In this document: in pieces, positions 27,270 to 36,156 of the stretch
How the letters are laid out: the number at the start of each line of letters is the position of its first letter
How positions within the stretch are numbered: position 1 is the stretch's first letter
From: Myxococcota bacterium
GTDB taxonomy: Bacteria; Myxococcota_A; UBA9160; UBA6930
DNA: 64,000 bases
Direction: 5' to 3'
Assembly: GCA_965223415.1 (NCBI GenBank)
Contig: OZ245002.1
Coordinates: 3,392,001-3,456,000, forward strand
Made by a program: the position numbers and the translations under genes
Notes under the pieces: model-generated
The model's database searches: none
Seen by the model: the letters and a program-made list of their open reading frames with translations, nothing else
What the model was told of the DNA's origin: nothing

Positions 27270-28406
27270 ATGAGCCCCCGCAGACGCCGCTACGAGCTTC
27301 GCGATCCCGATCTGAACGATCAGCTCGAGGCGCTGGTCGGCGCTGCGCTGGAGCACTATGGCGAGCGGCCGGATGCCGACCAGCTGCGGCAGGTGCTGGT
27401 GACGGCGCTCCGCCTGGCCAAGGAATCCTCGAGCGGCGACCTCAAGCTCGTGAACAACGCGCTGAAGGAGCTGCGCCACGCCTTCCGTGTCTTCGCGCCC
27501 TACGCGGAGGTGCCGAAGGTCGCGGTCTTCGGGAGCGCCCGTACCCGGCACGACCATCCGGACTGGGCACAGGCCCACGCCTTCGCCGAGCGGATGGTCG
27601 AAGCGGGCTGGATGGTCATCACCGGCGCAGGCGACGGCATCATGGGGGCGGCCCAGGGCGGTGCCGGCCGCGAGGCGAGCTTCGGCGTCAACATCCGCCT
27701 GCCCTTCGAGCAGAGCGCCAACGCGGTGATCGAGGGCGACCGCAAGCTCGTGAACTTCCGCTACTTCTTCACCCGCAAGGTCACCTTCGTGAAGGAGAGC
27801 CACGCGCTGGCGCTCTTCCCCGGCGGCTTCGGCACCCACGACGAGGGCTTCGAGGCCCTGACCCTGATCCAGACCGGCAAGAGCAGCGTGGTGCCGGTGG
27901 TCTTCGTGGACGAGCCCGGCGGCAGCTACTGGCGCGACTGGCACGAGTACGTGAAGACGCACCTGCACGCCCGCCAGCTGATCAGCGACGAGGACCTGGC
28001 CCTCTACCGCGTGACCGACGACCAGGACGAGGCCGTCCGCGAGATCCTGCACTTCTACCGCAACTACCACTCGAGCCGGTGGGTCGGCGATCGACTCGTG
28101 CTCCGGCTGGCCCAGACGCCGGACGACGCCCAATGCGCAGCGTTGGCCGACGAGTTCGACGATCTCCTGGAGGGCGAGCCCGAGGTGCGGGCGGCGCTCC
28201 CCGAGGAGAAGGACGATGCACCGGACCTGCCGCGCCTGGTCGTCCGCTTCGATCGCCGCCGGGTGGGCCGCCTCCGCCAGCTGATCGACCGCCTGAACGA
28301 CCTGCCCTCCGAGCGGGGGCCCTGGCACGAGACCCTCCCGCCGGAGATCGTCGGCCGGGAGCTCTCCGCCGAGGCGGAGGAGGCGGAGGAAGAGGACGAG
28401 GCGTGA
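27270..28406 (+). CDS. LOG family nucleotide monophosphate nucleosidase (long form)
   Basis: VFGSAR, ITGAG.GIM, YFFTRKVTFVK, PGGFGTHDE. Confidence 0.9.
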   Translation: MSPRRRRYELRDPDLNDQLEALVGAALEHYGERPDADQLRQVLVTALRLAKESSSGDLKLVNNALKELRHAFRVFAPYAEVPKVAVFGSARTRHDHPDWAQAHAFAERMVEAGWMVITGAGDGIMGAAQGGAGREASFGVNIRLPFEQSANAVIEGDRKLVNFRYFFTRKVTFVKESHALALFPGGFGTHDEGFEALTLIQTGKSSVVPVVFVDEPGGSYWRDWHEYVKTHLHARQLISDEDLALYRVTDDQDEAVREILHFYRNYHSSRWVGDRLVLRLAQTPDDAQCAALADEFDDLLEGEPEVRAALPEEKDDAPDLPRLVVRFDRRRVGRLRQLIDRLNDLPSERGPWHETLPPEIVGRELSAEAEEAEEEDEA

Positions 28407-28435
28407 CCTGCCCTCGGCGCGGGCATCCCAGGCGC

Positions 28436-29176
28436 ATGAGAAGTGTGCTCGTGTCGATCGTCGCCCTGCTGGCCTGCGCGGCTTCCCCGGCCGGCGGGGA
28501 CCCCTGGCCTCTCTGGGGGACGCTCCTGGAGCGGCACACGGTGGAGACCGCGGACCTGGCGCAGACCCGGGTCGACTACGAGGCGCTGCGCGCCGAGCCG
28601 GACTGGCCGCGGCTGCTCGCCGCCGTCGCCGAGTCCGATCCGGCGGCCCTTCGCGAACCGGCCGAGCGGCTGGCCTACTGGATCAACGTCTACAACGTCT
28701 TCGCCGTCGACGTGGTGGTGCAGGGCCGTCCGGCCGAGAGCATCCGCGACCTCGGCTCCTTCCTCCGGCCCGTCTGGAAGCGGCCCGCCGGGACGATTGG
28801 CGGCCGCGTCTACACCCTCGACGAGATCGAGCACGGGATCCTGCGGCCCCTGGGCGATCCGCGCATCCATGGCGCGATCGTGTGCGCCTCGCTCTCGTGT
28901 CCCCCGCTCGCGCGGGCGCCGTACCGGGTGGAGACCCTCGATGCCCAGCTCGAGGGGAACCTCCGGCGCTGGCTCGCCCACCCGGACAAGGGGGCCCGTT
29001 TCGACGGTGCCTCCGGCACGCTTCACCTCTCCAGCATCTTCGACTGGTTCGAGGACGACTTCGACGACCAGGGCGGTGTGCTGGCCTTCGTGAGGCGCTA
29101 CGCCAGGTTCGGGCGCGACCCGGACCGGATCGCCTACCTCGACTACGACTGGCGGCTCAACCGGGTCGCTCCGTAG
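28436..29176 (+). CDS. DUF547-family secreted protein
   Basis: LAYWINVYN, TLDEIEHGILR, DPRIHGAIVCASLSCPPL, LSSIFDWF.DDF, YDWRLN. Confidence 0.9.
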   Translation: MRSVLVSIVALLACAASPAGGDPWPLWGTLLERHTVETADLAQTRVDYEALRAEPDWPRLLAAVAESDPAALREPAERLAYWINVYNVFAVDVVVQGRPAESIRDLGSFLRPVWKRPAGTIGGRVYTLDEIEHGILRPLGDPRIHGAIVCASLSCPPLARAPYRVETLDAQLEGNLRRWLAHPDKGARFDGASGTLHLSSIFDWFEDDFDDQGGVLAFVRRYARFGRDPDRIAYLDYDWRLNRVAP

Positions 29177-29248
29177 CGACGTCGCAACGCCCGCGTTGCA
29201 GTCCTGCATCGCGGCACACGGCTCTCCCCGTCAGCCGGAGCGAGAGCG

Positions 29249-29264
29249 TGGCACGCGGTCTGCA
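29249..29264 (+). promoter_or_regulatory. Sigma54 (-24/-12) promoter candidate
   Basis: TGGCACGCGGTCTGCA (GG-N10-GC) 34 nt upstream of the GST ATG; inverted repeat GCAACGC-CC-GCGTTGC at 29184-29199. Confidence 0.6.
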
Positions 29265-29298
29265 GTCCCATCGGACAATGCGCCCGCGGAGGAAAGTC

Positions 29299-29940
29299 AT
29301 GGAGCTCTGGTCCGGTGTGTTGAGTCCGTTCAGCGCGAAGGTCCGCATCGTCCTGGCCGAGAAGGGCCTGCCCTACGAGCTGCGGGAGGTGCCTTGGACC
29401 CGCGAGAACCTGTGGGGGCCGAAGCCGCCGGCGTTCCTTGCAGTGAGCCCGCGGGGGGAGGTGCCGGCGCTCGTCGACGGGGATACGAGCGTCTACGACT
29501 CGACGGTCATCGTGGAGTACCTGGAGGATCGGTATCCGGAGGCGCCCATGCTGCCGTCGGAGCCGGCGGACCGTGCGCGCTGCCGGCTCGTCGAGGACGA
29601 GGCGGATCGGGCGATGCAGGTCGCCGTGACGTCCCTCATCCAGGAGGTGTTCATGAAGCCCTCCGGCGGGGGGCGGGACGTGGAGCGGCTCGCCCGGGCC
29701 AGCGAGGCCCTGCACCGGTTCTACGACGGCCTCGAGGCGGAGCTCGACGGGCGCGAGTGGCTCGGCGGGAGCTTCGGCGTCGCCGACGTCGCCGCCTTCC
29801 TGGTGATCGGCTTCGCCTCCACCCTCGGCGTGCCTCCCAAGGAAGGCACCCGCCTTCACGGCTGGGTGGCGCGGGCCGGGGCGCGGCCTACCGTCGCAGC
29901 CGAGCTCGAGGCGATTACGAAGGCCGCGGCCGCGGCGTGA
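29299..29940 (+). CDS. Glutathione S-transferase family protein
   Basis: SPFSAKVRIVLAEKGL, SPRGEVPAL, DSTVIVEYLE, FGVADVA. Confidence 0.92.
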   Translation: MELWSGVLSPFSAKVRIVLAEKGLPYELREVPWTRENLWGPKPPAFLAVSPRGEVPALVDGDTSVYDSTVIVEYLEDRYPEAPMLPSEPADRARCRLVEDEADRAMQVAVTSLIQEVFMKPSGGGRDVERLARASEALHRFYDGLEAELDGREWLGGSFGVADVAAFLVIGFASTLGVPPKEGTRLHGWVARAGARPTVAAELEAITKAAAAA

Positions 29941-29957
29941 GGGCGGAGGCGAGACGA

Positions 29958-30377
29958 ATGAACGAGCTGCCCGAGGCTGTCCGGAAGCTGGTCGACCAGG
30001 CGATCGTGCGCTCGCCGTACGGCCGCCTGATCGGCGCGGAGCTGGCCGCAGCGCGAGCGGACGAGATCGCCGTGCGGCTGCCCTACCGGGAGGAACTCAC
30101 GACGATGGGCGACCTGGTGCACGGCGGCGTCATCGCCGGCCTGATCGACATCGCCGCCACCGCCTGCTTCTGGGCCCACCCGGAGGTCGGGGAGAACGCC
30201 CGCGGCACCACCGTTGGCTTCAGCGTGAGCTTCCTCTCCGGAGCCCGCGGGAGCGACCTCCTCGCCACGGCCCGGGTGCGCCGGCGAGGCCGCTCCATCA
30301 GCACCGGCGACGTCACCGTCACCGACGCGGACGGCACCGAGGTTGCCGCCGCCATGGTCACCTACAAGCTCAGCTGA
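29958..30377 (+). CDS. PaaI-family thioesterase
   Basis: HGGVIAGLIDIA hot-dog fold motif. Confidence 0.9.
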   Translation: MNELPEAVRKLVDQAIVRSPYGRLIGAELAAARADEIAVRLPYREELTTMGDLVHGGVIAGLIDIAATACFWAHPEVGENARGTTVGFSVSFLSGARGSDLLATARVRRRGRSISTGDVTVTDADGTEVAAAMVTYKLS

Positions 30378-30458
30378 AGAAACGGGGCCAGAGTTAAGAA
30401 TTCAGTTACGCCCCTTGGGGCGTAACTGAATTCTTAACTCTGGCCCCGTTTCTTCAGC
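30373..30458. repeat. 86-bp palindrome (42-bp arms, TT loop), REPIN-like family B
   Basis: GCTGAAGAAACGGGGCCAGAGTTAAGAATTCAGTTACGCCCC-TT-reverse complement; includes both flanking TGA stops. Confidence 0.95.
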
Positions 30459-31887
30459 CGGAGATGGGCGGGCGGCGGCCGAACCAGGGACGGGCCTGTT
30501 CGAGCTGGCCGGCGAGGCGGAAGAGGGTGCCCTCGTCGCCGAAGCGGCCGGCGAACTGGATGCCGATGGGGAGGCCGGCCTCGTTCCAGCACAGGGGGAC
30601 GGACATGGCCGGGTTGCCCGACGCGTTGAAGAGCTGGGTGAAGCCGACGGTCTGCAGCAGGGCGCCGATGTTGGCGCCGGGGTTCGGGTTGGAGAGGCTG
30701 AGCGTGCCGAGGGTCGCCGGCGGCACGCCCAGGGTCGGCGTGAGGATCACGTCGACGTCGTTCATGAAGCGCGCCACCTGCCGGCCGACCCGGTGGATGC
30801 CCTTCACCGCGCGCACGTAGTCGGCGGCGCTGCGCGACCGCGCCGCGTTGGCCATGCCCCAGGTGCCCGGCTCCACGTCGCTCTCGGCGAGGGGGCGCCC
30901 GAGGGCCTCGGCCCGGTCCTCGAGGGATACGAGCAGGTTCGTCGGGATGATCGTCATCGACGCGGTGCGCATCGCGTCCTGATCCACCTCCAGCGTACGC
31001 TCCAACACCTCGTGGCCGAGCTTCTCGCACAGGCGCGCCGCGTCCTCTACTGCCGCCACGCAGTCCGGGTGGGTCGGTGTGCCGTTCCAGGTCGCGCGCT
31101 GGAAGGAGATGCGTAGGCGTCCCGGCGGCCGCCCCACCTCGTCGAGGTAGGGGCGCACCGGCGGCGGCGCCACGTAGGGCGCGCCAAGGTCCGGGCCGGC
31201 GGTGGCGTCGAGCAGCGCCGCGTTGTCCCGCACGCTCCGGCTCACCGCGTGCACGATGCTCATGCCCGCCCAGCCCTCGCCGACATCCGGCCCCATCGGT
31301 GTGCGGCCCCGGGTCGGCTTCATGCCGAACAACCCGCAAGCCGCGGCCGGGATGCGGATGGAGCCGCCACCGTCGCTCGCGTTGGCCAGGGGCAGGTAGC
31401 CGGCGGCCACCGCGGCCGCCGCGCCGCCGGAAGAGCCACCGGCGCTGTGCTCCGGGTTCCACGGGTTGCGGGTATCGCCGAACAGCGTCGACTCGCTGGT
31501 CGGCGTGATGCCGAACTCCGGCGAGAGGCTCTTGCCGAAGGTCACGAGCCCGGCGGCCCGGTAGCGCTCGGTCAGCTCGCTGTCGTGGTCCGGCACGTGG
31601 TCGGCGAAGAGCTGGCTTCCGTTGGTGGTGCGCACGCCCTCCCAGAAGAGGTGCAGGTCCTTCAACAGGAAGGGCACACCGGTGAAGGGCCCCTGGGGCA
31701 GGCCCGCCTCGATGGCCGCGCGGGCGTGCTCCACCATCGGGATCGGCACGGCATTGAGGGTCGGCTCGTGGCGCTCCATGCGCTCCAGCGCGGCATCCAG
31801 GAGCTCCTTCGGCTGCACCTCACCGCTTCGCACCAGCTCCGCCAGGGCCAGACCGTCGTGGGACTCGTACTCCTGCACTTCCGTCAC
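30454..31887 (-). CDS. Amidase-signature family amidase
   Basis: PFLLKDL, GGSSGG, SDGGGSIRIPA, LPIGIQ. Confidence 0.94.
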   Translation of the reverse strand: MTEVQEYESHDGLALAELVRSGEVQPKELLDAALERMERHEPTLNAVPIPMVEHARAAIEAGLPQGPFTGVPFLLKDLHLFWEGVRTTNGSQLFADHVPDHDSELTERYRAAGLVTFGKSLSPEFGITPTSESTLFGDTRNPWNPEHSAGGSSGGAAAAVAAGYLPLANASDGGGSIRIPAAACGLFGMKPTRGRTPMGPDVGEGWAGMSIVHAVSRSVRDNAALLDATAGPDLGAPYVAPPPVRPYLDEVGRPPGRLRISFQRATWNGTPTHPDCVAAVEDAARLCEKLGHEVLERTLEVDQDAMRTASMTIIPTNLLVSLEDRAEALGRPLAESDVEPGTWGMANAARSRSAADYVRAVKGIHRVGRQVARFMNDVDVILTPTLGVPPATLGTLSLSNPNPGANIGALLQTVGFTQLFNASGNPAMSVPLCWNEAGLPIGIQFAGRFGDEGTLFRLAGQLEQARPWFGRRPPISG

Positions 31888-31970
31888 CTCCTCGCGTCCG
31901 CTTGCCGACGGCGCGGCCGGGGCAGCATACTCCGGGGGGTAGCGGCCGGCGAACGGCTCGGGAGGACGGC

Positions 31971-33701
31971 ATGAGTGACTCCGCAGGCGACTGGGTGATC
32001 CGCGGGGGAACCGTCGTCGACGGCACCGGGGCGCCGGCTCGCACGGCGGACGTGGCGATCCGCTCCGGCCGCATTGCCGAGGTCGGGCGCGTCGACCTGC
32101 CCGGCGCGCAGGAGATGGACGCCTCCGGCCTGCTCGTCACGCCGGGCTGGGTCGACGTGCACACCCACTACGACGGTCAGGCGACCTGGGACTCGCTCCT
32201 CACGCCCTCGTGCTGGCACGGCGTGACCAGTGTCGTGATGGGGAACTGCGGCGTCGGGTTTGCGCCGGTTCGCCCGGGCACCCACGAGTACCTGATCCGC
32301 CTGATGGAAGGCGTCGAGGACATCCCGGGCACCGCCCTGGCCGAAGGCATCGACTGGACGTGGGAGAGCTTCCCGGAGTACCTGGACGCGTTGGAGAGTC
32401 GCCCCCACGCGATCGACATCGGCGCTCAGGTGCCTCACGGAGCCCTGCGCTTCTACGTCATGGGCGAGCGCGGCGCCGACCACGAAGAGGATCCGACCGA
32501 GGAAGAGATCGCCCGCATGAGTGAGCTGGTGCGGGAGTCCGTCGCGGCCGGCGCGCTCGGCTTCACGACGTCGCGCACGAAGAACCACCGCACCAGCGAC
32601 GGCCGCTACACGCCGAGCCTGACCGCGACGGCTGCGGAGCTGCTGGGGATCGCCCGGGGGCTCGATGCGGCGGGCCGGGGCGTCTTCGAGGTCGTGACGG
32701 ACCACCTCCTGCGCTCGGACGAGTGGGATCTGCTTCGGGACGTCGTTCGCGCGTCCGGCGGGCGGCCGCTCTCGGTCTCGCTGGCCCAGAACGACGCCCA
32801 TCCCGAGGGCTTCCGGGAGCAGCTCCGGCAGCTCGAGGCGTCGAACGACGCGGGGCTGCCGCTCAAGGGGCAGGTGGCGACCCGAGCGATCGGCATCCTG
32901 CTGGGCCTCGAGGCGACCCTGAACCCCTTCGCCTCCCATCCGAGCTACGCCCGGATCGCGGGCCTTCCGCTCGCCGAGCGCGTGGTGCGCATGGGCGAGC
33001 CGGAGCTGCGCCGCGCCATCCTCTCGGAGGAGCCGAGCCCGGGCCTGCGGGCCTTCGCCGCCTTCGACCGGCTCTTCCTGCTGGGCGATCCGCCCCAGTA
33101 CGAGCCCGCGCCCGAGGACAGCCTCGCCGCCCAGGCGGAGCGGCGGGGCGTCGCGCCGGCCGAGCACGCCTACGACCTCCTGCTCGAGAAGGACGGCCAC
33201 GCGCTCCTCTACCGCCCGTTCCTGAACTACGCGGACTCCGATCTCGAGGCGATCCGCGAGATGCTCGTCCACGAGCACACGGTGCCGGGCCTCGGCGACG
33301 CCGGCGCCCACTGCGGCCTCATCTGCGACGGCAGCTTTCCCACCTTCCTGCTGTCCCACTGGGCCCGGGACCGGAGTCGCGGCGAGAAGCTCCCCCTCGA
33401 GGCGCTCGTGAAGAGCCAGAGCCGGGACACCGCCCGCCTCGTCGGCCTGGAGGATCGCGGCACCCTCGAGCCCGGGATGCGCGCCGACCTGAACCTGATC
33501 GACTTCGAGCGCGTCGGCATGCACCACCCGGAGATCGTCCACGACCTGCCCGCCGGTGGGAAGCGCCTCCTGCAGCGCGCGACCGGCTACCGCGCCACCT
33601 TCCAGCACGGCCAGCTCACCTTCCAGGACGGCGAGCCCACCGGCACCCTCCCCGGCCAGCTCATCCGCGGCCCGCAGACCCGGCCCCGGGGACGTTCCTG
33701 A
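31971..33701 (+). CDS. N-acyl-D-amino-acid deacylase family amidohydrolase
   Basis: [34 protein letters not shown]. Confidence 0.92.
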   Translation: MSDSAGDWVIRGGTVVDGTGAPARTADVAIRSGRIAEVGRVDLPGAQEMDASGLLVTPGWVDVHTHYDGQATWDSLLTPSCWHGVTSVVMGNCGVGFAPVRPGTHEYLIRLMEGVEDIPGTALAEGIDWTWESFPEYLDALESRPHAIDIGAQVPHGALRFYVMGERGADHEEDPTEEEIARMSELVRESVAAGALGFTTSRTKNHRTSDGRYTPSLTATAAELLGIARGLDAAGRGVFEVVTDHLLRSDEWDLLRDVVRASGGRPLSVSLAQNDAHPEGFREQLRQLEASNDAGLPLKGQVATRAIGILLGLEATLNPFASHPSYARIAGLPLAERVVRMGEPELRRAILSEEPSPGLRAFAAFDRLFLLGDPPQYEPAPEDSLAAQAERRGVAPAEHAYDLLLEKDGHALLYRPFLNYADSDLEAIREMLVHEHTVPGLGDAGAHCGLICDGSFPTFLLSHWARDRSRGEKLPLEALVKSQSRDTARLVGLEDRGTLEPGMRADLNLIDFERVGMHHPEIVHDLPAGGKRLLQRATGYRATFQHGQLTFQDGEPTGTLPGQLIRGPQTRPRGRS

Positions 33702-33732
33702 ACGCAACACGGGGGGCGGCCCCGTCTCGTGA

Positions 33733-33978
33733 CTACTTCCTCTTGAGCTCGGACTCGTGCTCGGAGATGAAGGCGCGGATGTCGTCGGTCATGCCGAGGA
33801 TGGTGTCCCACTCGTCGGCGTAGAAGGTGATCGGGAAGCGGCGGATGCCGTAGAGGGAGACGGCTCCCTTCTGGCTCACCTGGAGCCGGACATCCTTCTT
33901 CTCCTTGGCCTTGAGGGCTTCGTTCTCGGCCTTGAGCTTCTCCAGCTCGGCACGCAGGTCGGCGTCGTCTTCGCTCAT
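33733..33978 (-). CDS. Small hypothetical protein (coiled coil plus VS.KGAVSLYG..RFP.T.Y..EW)
   Basis: Strong GC3 codon bias, GGAG RBS, 81 aa. Confidence 0.8.
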   Translation of the reverse strand: MSEDDADLRAELEKLKAENEALKAKEKKDVRLQVSQKGAVSLYGIRRFPITFYADEWDTILGMTDDIRAFISEHESELKRK

Positions 33979-34006
33979 CTCGTCTCCGCGGAGGGACCGG
34001 GTCGGC

Positions 34007-35071
34007 TCAGGCTAGCTCTTCCATCCGGATCGGTCGCCGCAAGGCGATGGAGCGCTCGGCGGCGGCCCCCATGGCCACCGCCCGCAGCCCGTCCAGGGCG
34101 CTCACCTCCGGCGGCGTACCCTCGCGGATCGCCCGCAGGAAGCCCAGGTGCTGGTAGTAGGTGGATCCGTGGTGGCCACCGGCGGCCAGGATCTTCTCGT
34201 CGACCGGCACGTGCACGCTCTCCACGCTGCGCGGGCTCCGCCTCGCCATCACCACCTCGCCGGACGGGATGAAGCACTCCAGCTTGCCCTCGTCGCCGGT
34301 CGCGGCGATCTCCTCCTGGTTCCGGGAGGCCTCGGCGAACATGCACAGGTCCAGGAGCGCCCGGCTCCCGTCCTCGAAGTCGACGATCGTGAAGGCGTTG
34401 TCGAGGATGTCCGGCCGCTCGCCGTCGTACTCCTCGTCCAGGTGGTTCACGTCCTGGCCGCCCGAGGCCATCACCTGCGCAGGCTCGCAGCCCACGATCA
34501 GCCGCATCAGGTCGAAAAAGTGACAGCACTTCTCGACCAGGGTGCCCCCGGTGTTGCGTGTGAAGCGGTTCCAGTCCCCGACCTTCGGCAGGAAGGGGAA
34601 GCGGTGCTCGCGGATGGAGAGCATGCGAAGCCGTCCCACGGCGCCGCTGCGCAGCTCCTCGATCAGGCGCGCCACCGGCGGCATGTAGCGGTACTCCATC
34701 GCCGTCCAGAAGATGCCCGGGTGGGCCTCCGCCCGCTCCACCACGCGCTTCGCGTCTTCGACCGTCGTGCAGAGGGGCTTCTCGCACAGCACGTGGAGGC
34801 CGGTTGCGAAGACGTCCTCCAGCACGTCGTGATGGGTGTGGTTCGGCGTGCAGACGACGACCACGTCGAGCGACGCCGCGGCGAGCATCTCCCGGTGGTC
34901 GTCGAAGGCCCGGGGCTCGGGCCCGCCCGTGTCGCGCGCCCACTTCTGGGAGCGGGGGTGCGGGTCGGCCCATGCGGCGAGCTCGGCGCCTTCGACGAGC
35001 TTCAGGTTGAGGATGTGCTCGATGCCCATCATCCCGGTTCCGATGATTCCGTACCGCAGCGTCTCGCTCAC
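34007..35071 (-). CDS. Gfo/Idh/MocA family oxidoreductase
   Basis: GIIGTGMMG, CTPNHTH, CEKPL, EKCCHFFD. Confidence 0.92.
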   Translation of the reverse strand: MSETLRYGIIGTGMMGIEHILNLKLVEGAELAAWADPHPRSQKWARDTGGPEPRAFDDHREMLAAASLDVVVVCTPNHTHHDVLEDVFATGLHVLCEKPLCTTVEDAKRVVERAEAHPGIFWTAMEYRYMPPVARLIEELRSGAVGRLRMLSIREHRFPFLPKVGDWNRFTRNTGGTLVEKCCHFFDLMRLIVGCEPAQVMASGGQDVNHLDEEYDGERPDILDNAFTIVDFEDGSRALLDLCMFAEASRNQEEIAATGDEGKLECFIPSGEVVMARRSPRSVESVHVPVDEKILAAGGHHGSTYYQHLGFLRAIREGTPPEVSALDGLRAVAMGAAAERSIALRRPIRMEELA

Positions 35072-35103
35072 GACGTTCCTCCCGGTCTGGTACCGTACCG
35101 CCG

Positions 35104-36156
35104 ATGGAGGTGTCCTGGTTCTCGGCCCTGTGCGACGACGATTTCGAGTACCTCGGCGTGCCGGAGCCGTCGCGCCGGAGCAGCTGGGCCCACTGCCGCG
35201 AGATCGTCCTGCGCGCCGAGCGCGGCGGCTTCGACAACATCCTCCTGCCCTCGGGCTACGCCCTCGGGATCGACTCGGTGGCCTTCGCCGGAGCCGTCGC
35301 CCCGGAGCTCGAACGCCTGCACCTGCTCGTGGCCGTGCGCTGCGGCGAGCTCTGGCCGCCGATGCTCGCGCGGCAGCTCGCCACCCTCGACGAGCTGCTC
35401 GGCGGCCGCCTCACGATCAACATCATCTCGAGCGATCTCGTCGGCGCCCCCATGGCCTCGGAGCCCCGCTACCGGCGCTCCGTCGAGGTGATGGAGATTC
35501 TGCGCACGCTTCTGGAGGGAAAGCCCGCCGCCCACCACGGCGAGTTCTACGACCTCGAGCTCGATCCCCCGCGCGTCTGTCGGCCCGGCGCGGCGCCGCC
35601 CTTCTACTTCGGCGGCTTCTCGGAGGACGCGCGGGAAGCGGCCGCCCGCGCCGCCGACGTCTTCCTGATGTGGCCGGACCGGATGCCGGCAGTGGAGGCG
35701 GTGCTCGCCGACATGCGCGAGCGGGCCGCCCGCTACGGGCGGCGCCTGCGCTTTGGCTACCGGGTCCACGTCATCGTGCGCGAGACCGAGGGCGAGGCAC
35801 GGGACGCCGCCCGCAGGCTGGTCTCGCGGCTCGACGACGACACCGGCGAAGCGACCCGCCGCCGCTCCCTCGACCACGCCTCCGCCGGGGTGCAGCGCCA
35901 GGCCGAGGTGCGCGCCGCCGCCGACGACGAGGGCTACGTCGAGGAGCATCTGTGGACCGGGATCGGGCGGGCCCGCAGCGGCTGCGGAGCGGCTCTCGTC
36001 GGGGATCCGGACCAGGTGCGCGACAAGCTCCTCGCCTACGAGCGCCTGGGTCTCGAGGCCTTCGTCCTCTCCGGCTACCCCCACGCCGAGGAGTGCGATC
36101 TGTTCGCGCGTTACGTGCTGCCCGAGCTCACCCACGCGCCGCTCCGGGCTTCGTGA
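35104..36156 (+). CDS. LLM-class monooxygenase (SsuD-like)
   Basis: AERGGFDNILLP, LLVAVR, YFGGFS, LWTGIG.ARSGCGAALVGDP, LSGYPH. Confidence 0.88.
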   Translation: MEVSWFSALCDDDFEYLGVPEPSRRSSWAHCREIVLRAERGGFDNILLPSGYALGIDSVAFAGAVAPELERLHLLVAVRCGELWPPMLARQLATLDELLGGRLTINIISSDLVGAPMASEPRYRRSVEVMEILRTLLEGKPAAHHGEFYDLELDPPRVCRPGAAPPFYFGGFSEDAREAAARAADVFLMWPDRMPAVEAVLADMRERAARYGRRLRFGYRVHVIVRETEGEARDAARRLVSRLDDDTGEATRRRSLDHASAGVQRQAEVRAAADDEGYVEEHLWTGIGRARSGCGAALVGDPDQVRDKLLAYERLGLEAFVLSGYPHAEECDLFARYVLPELTHAPLRAS

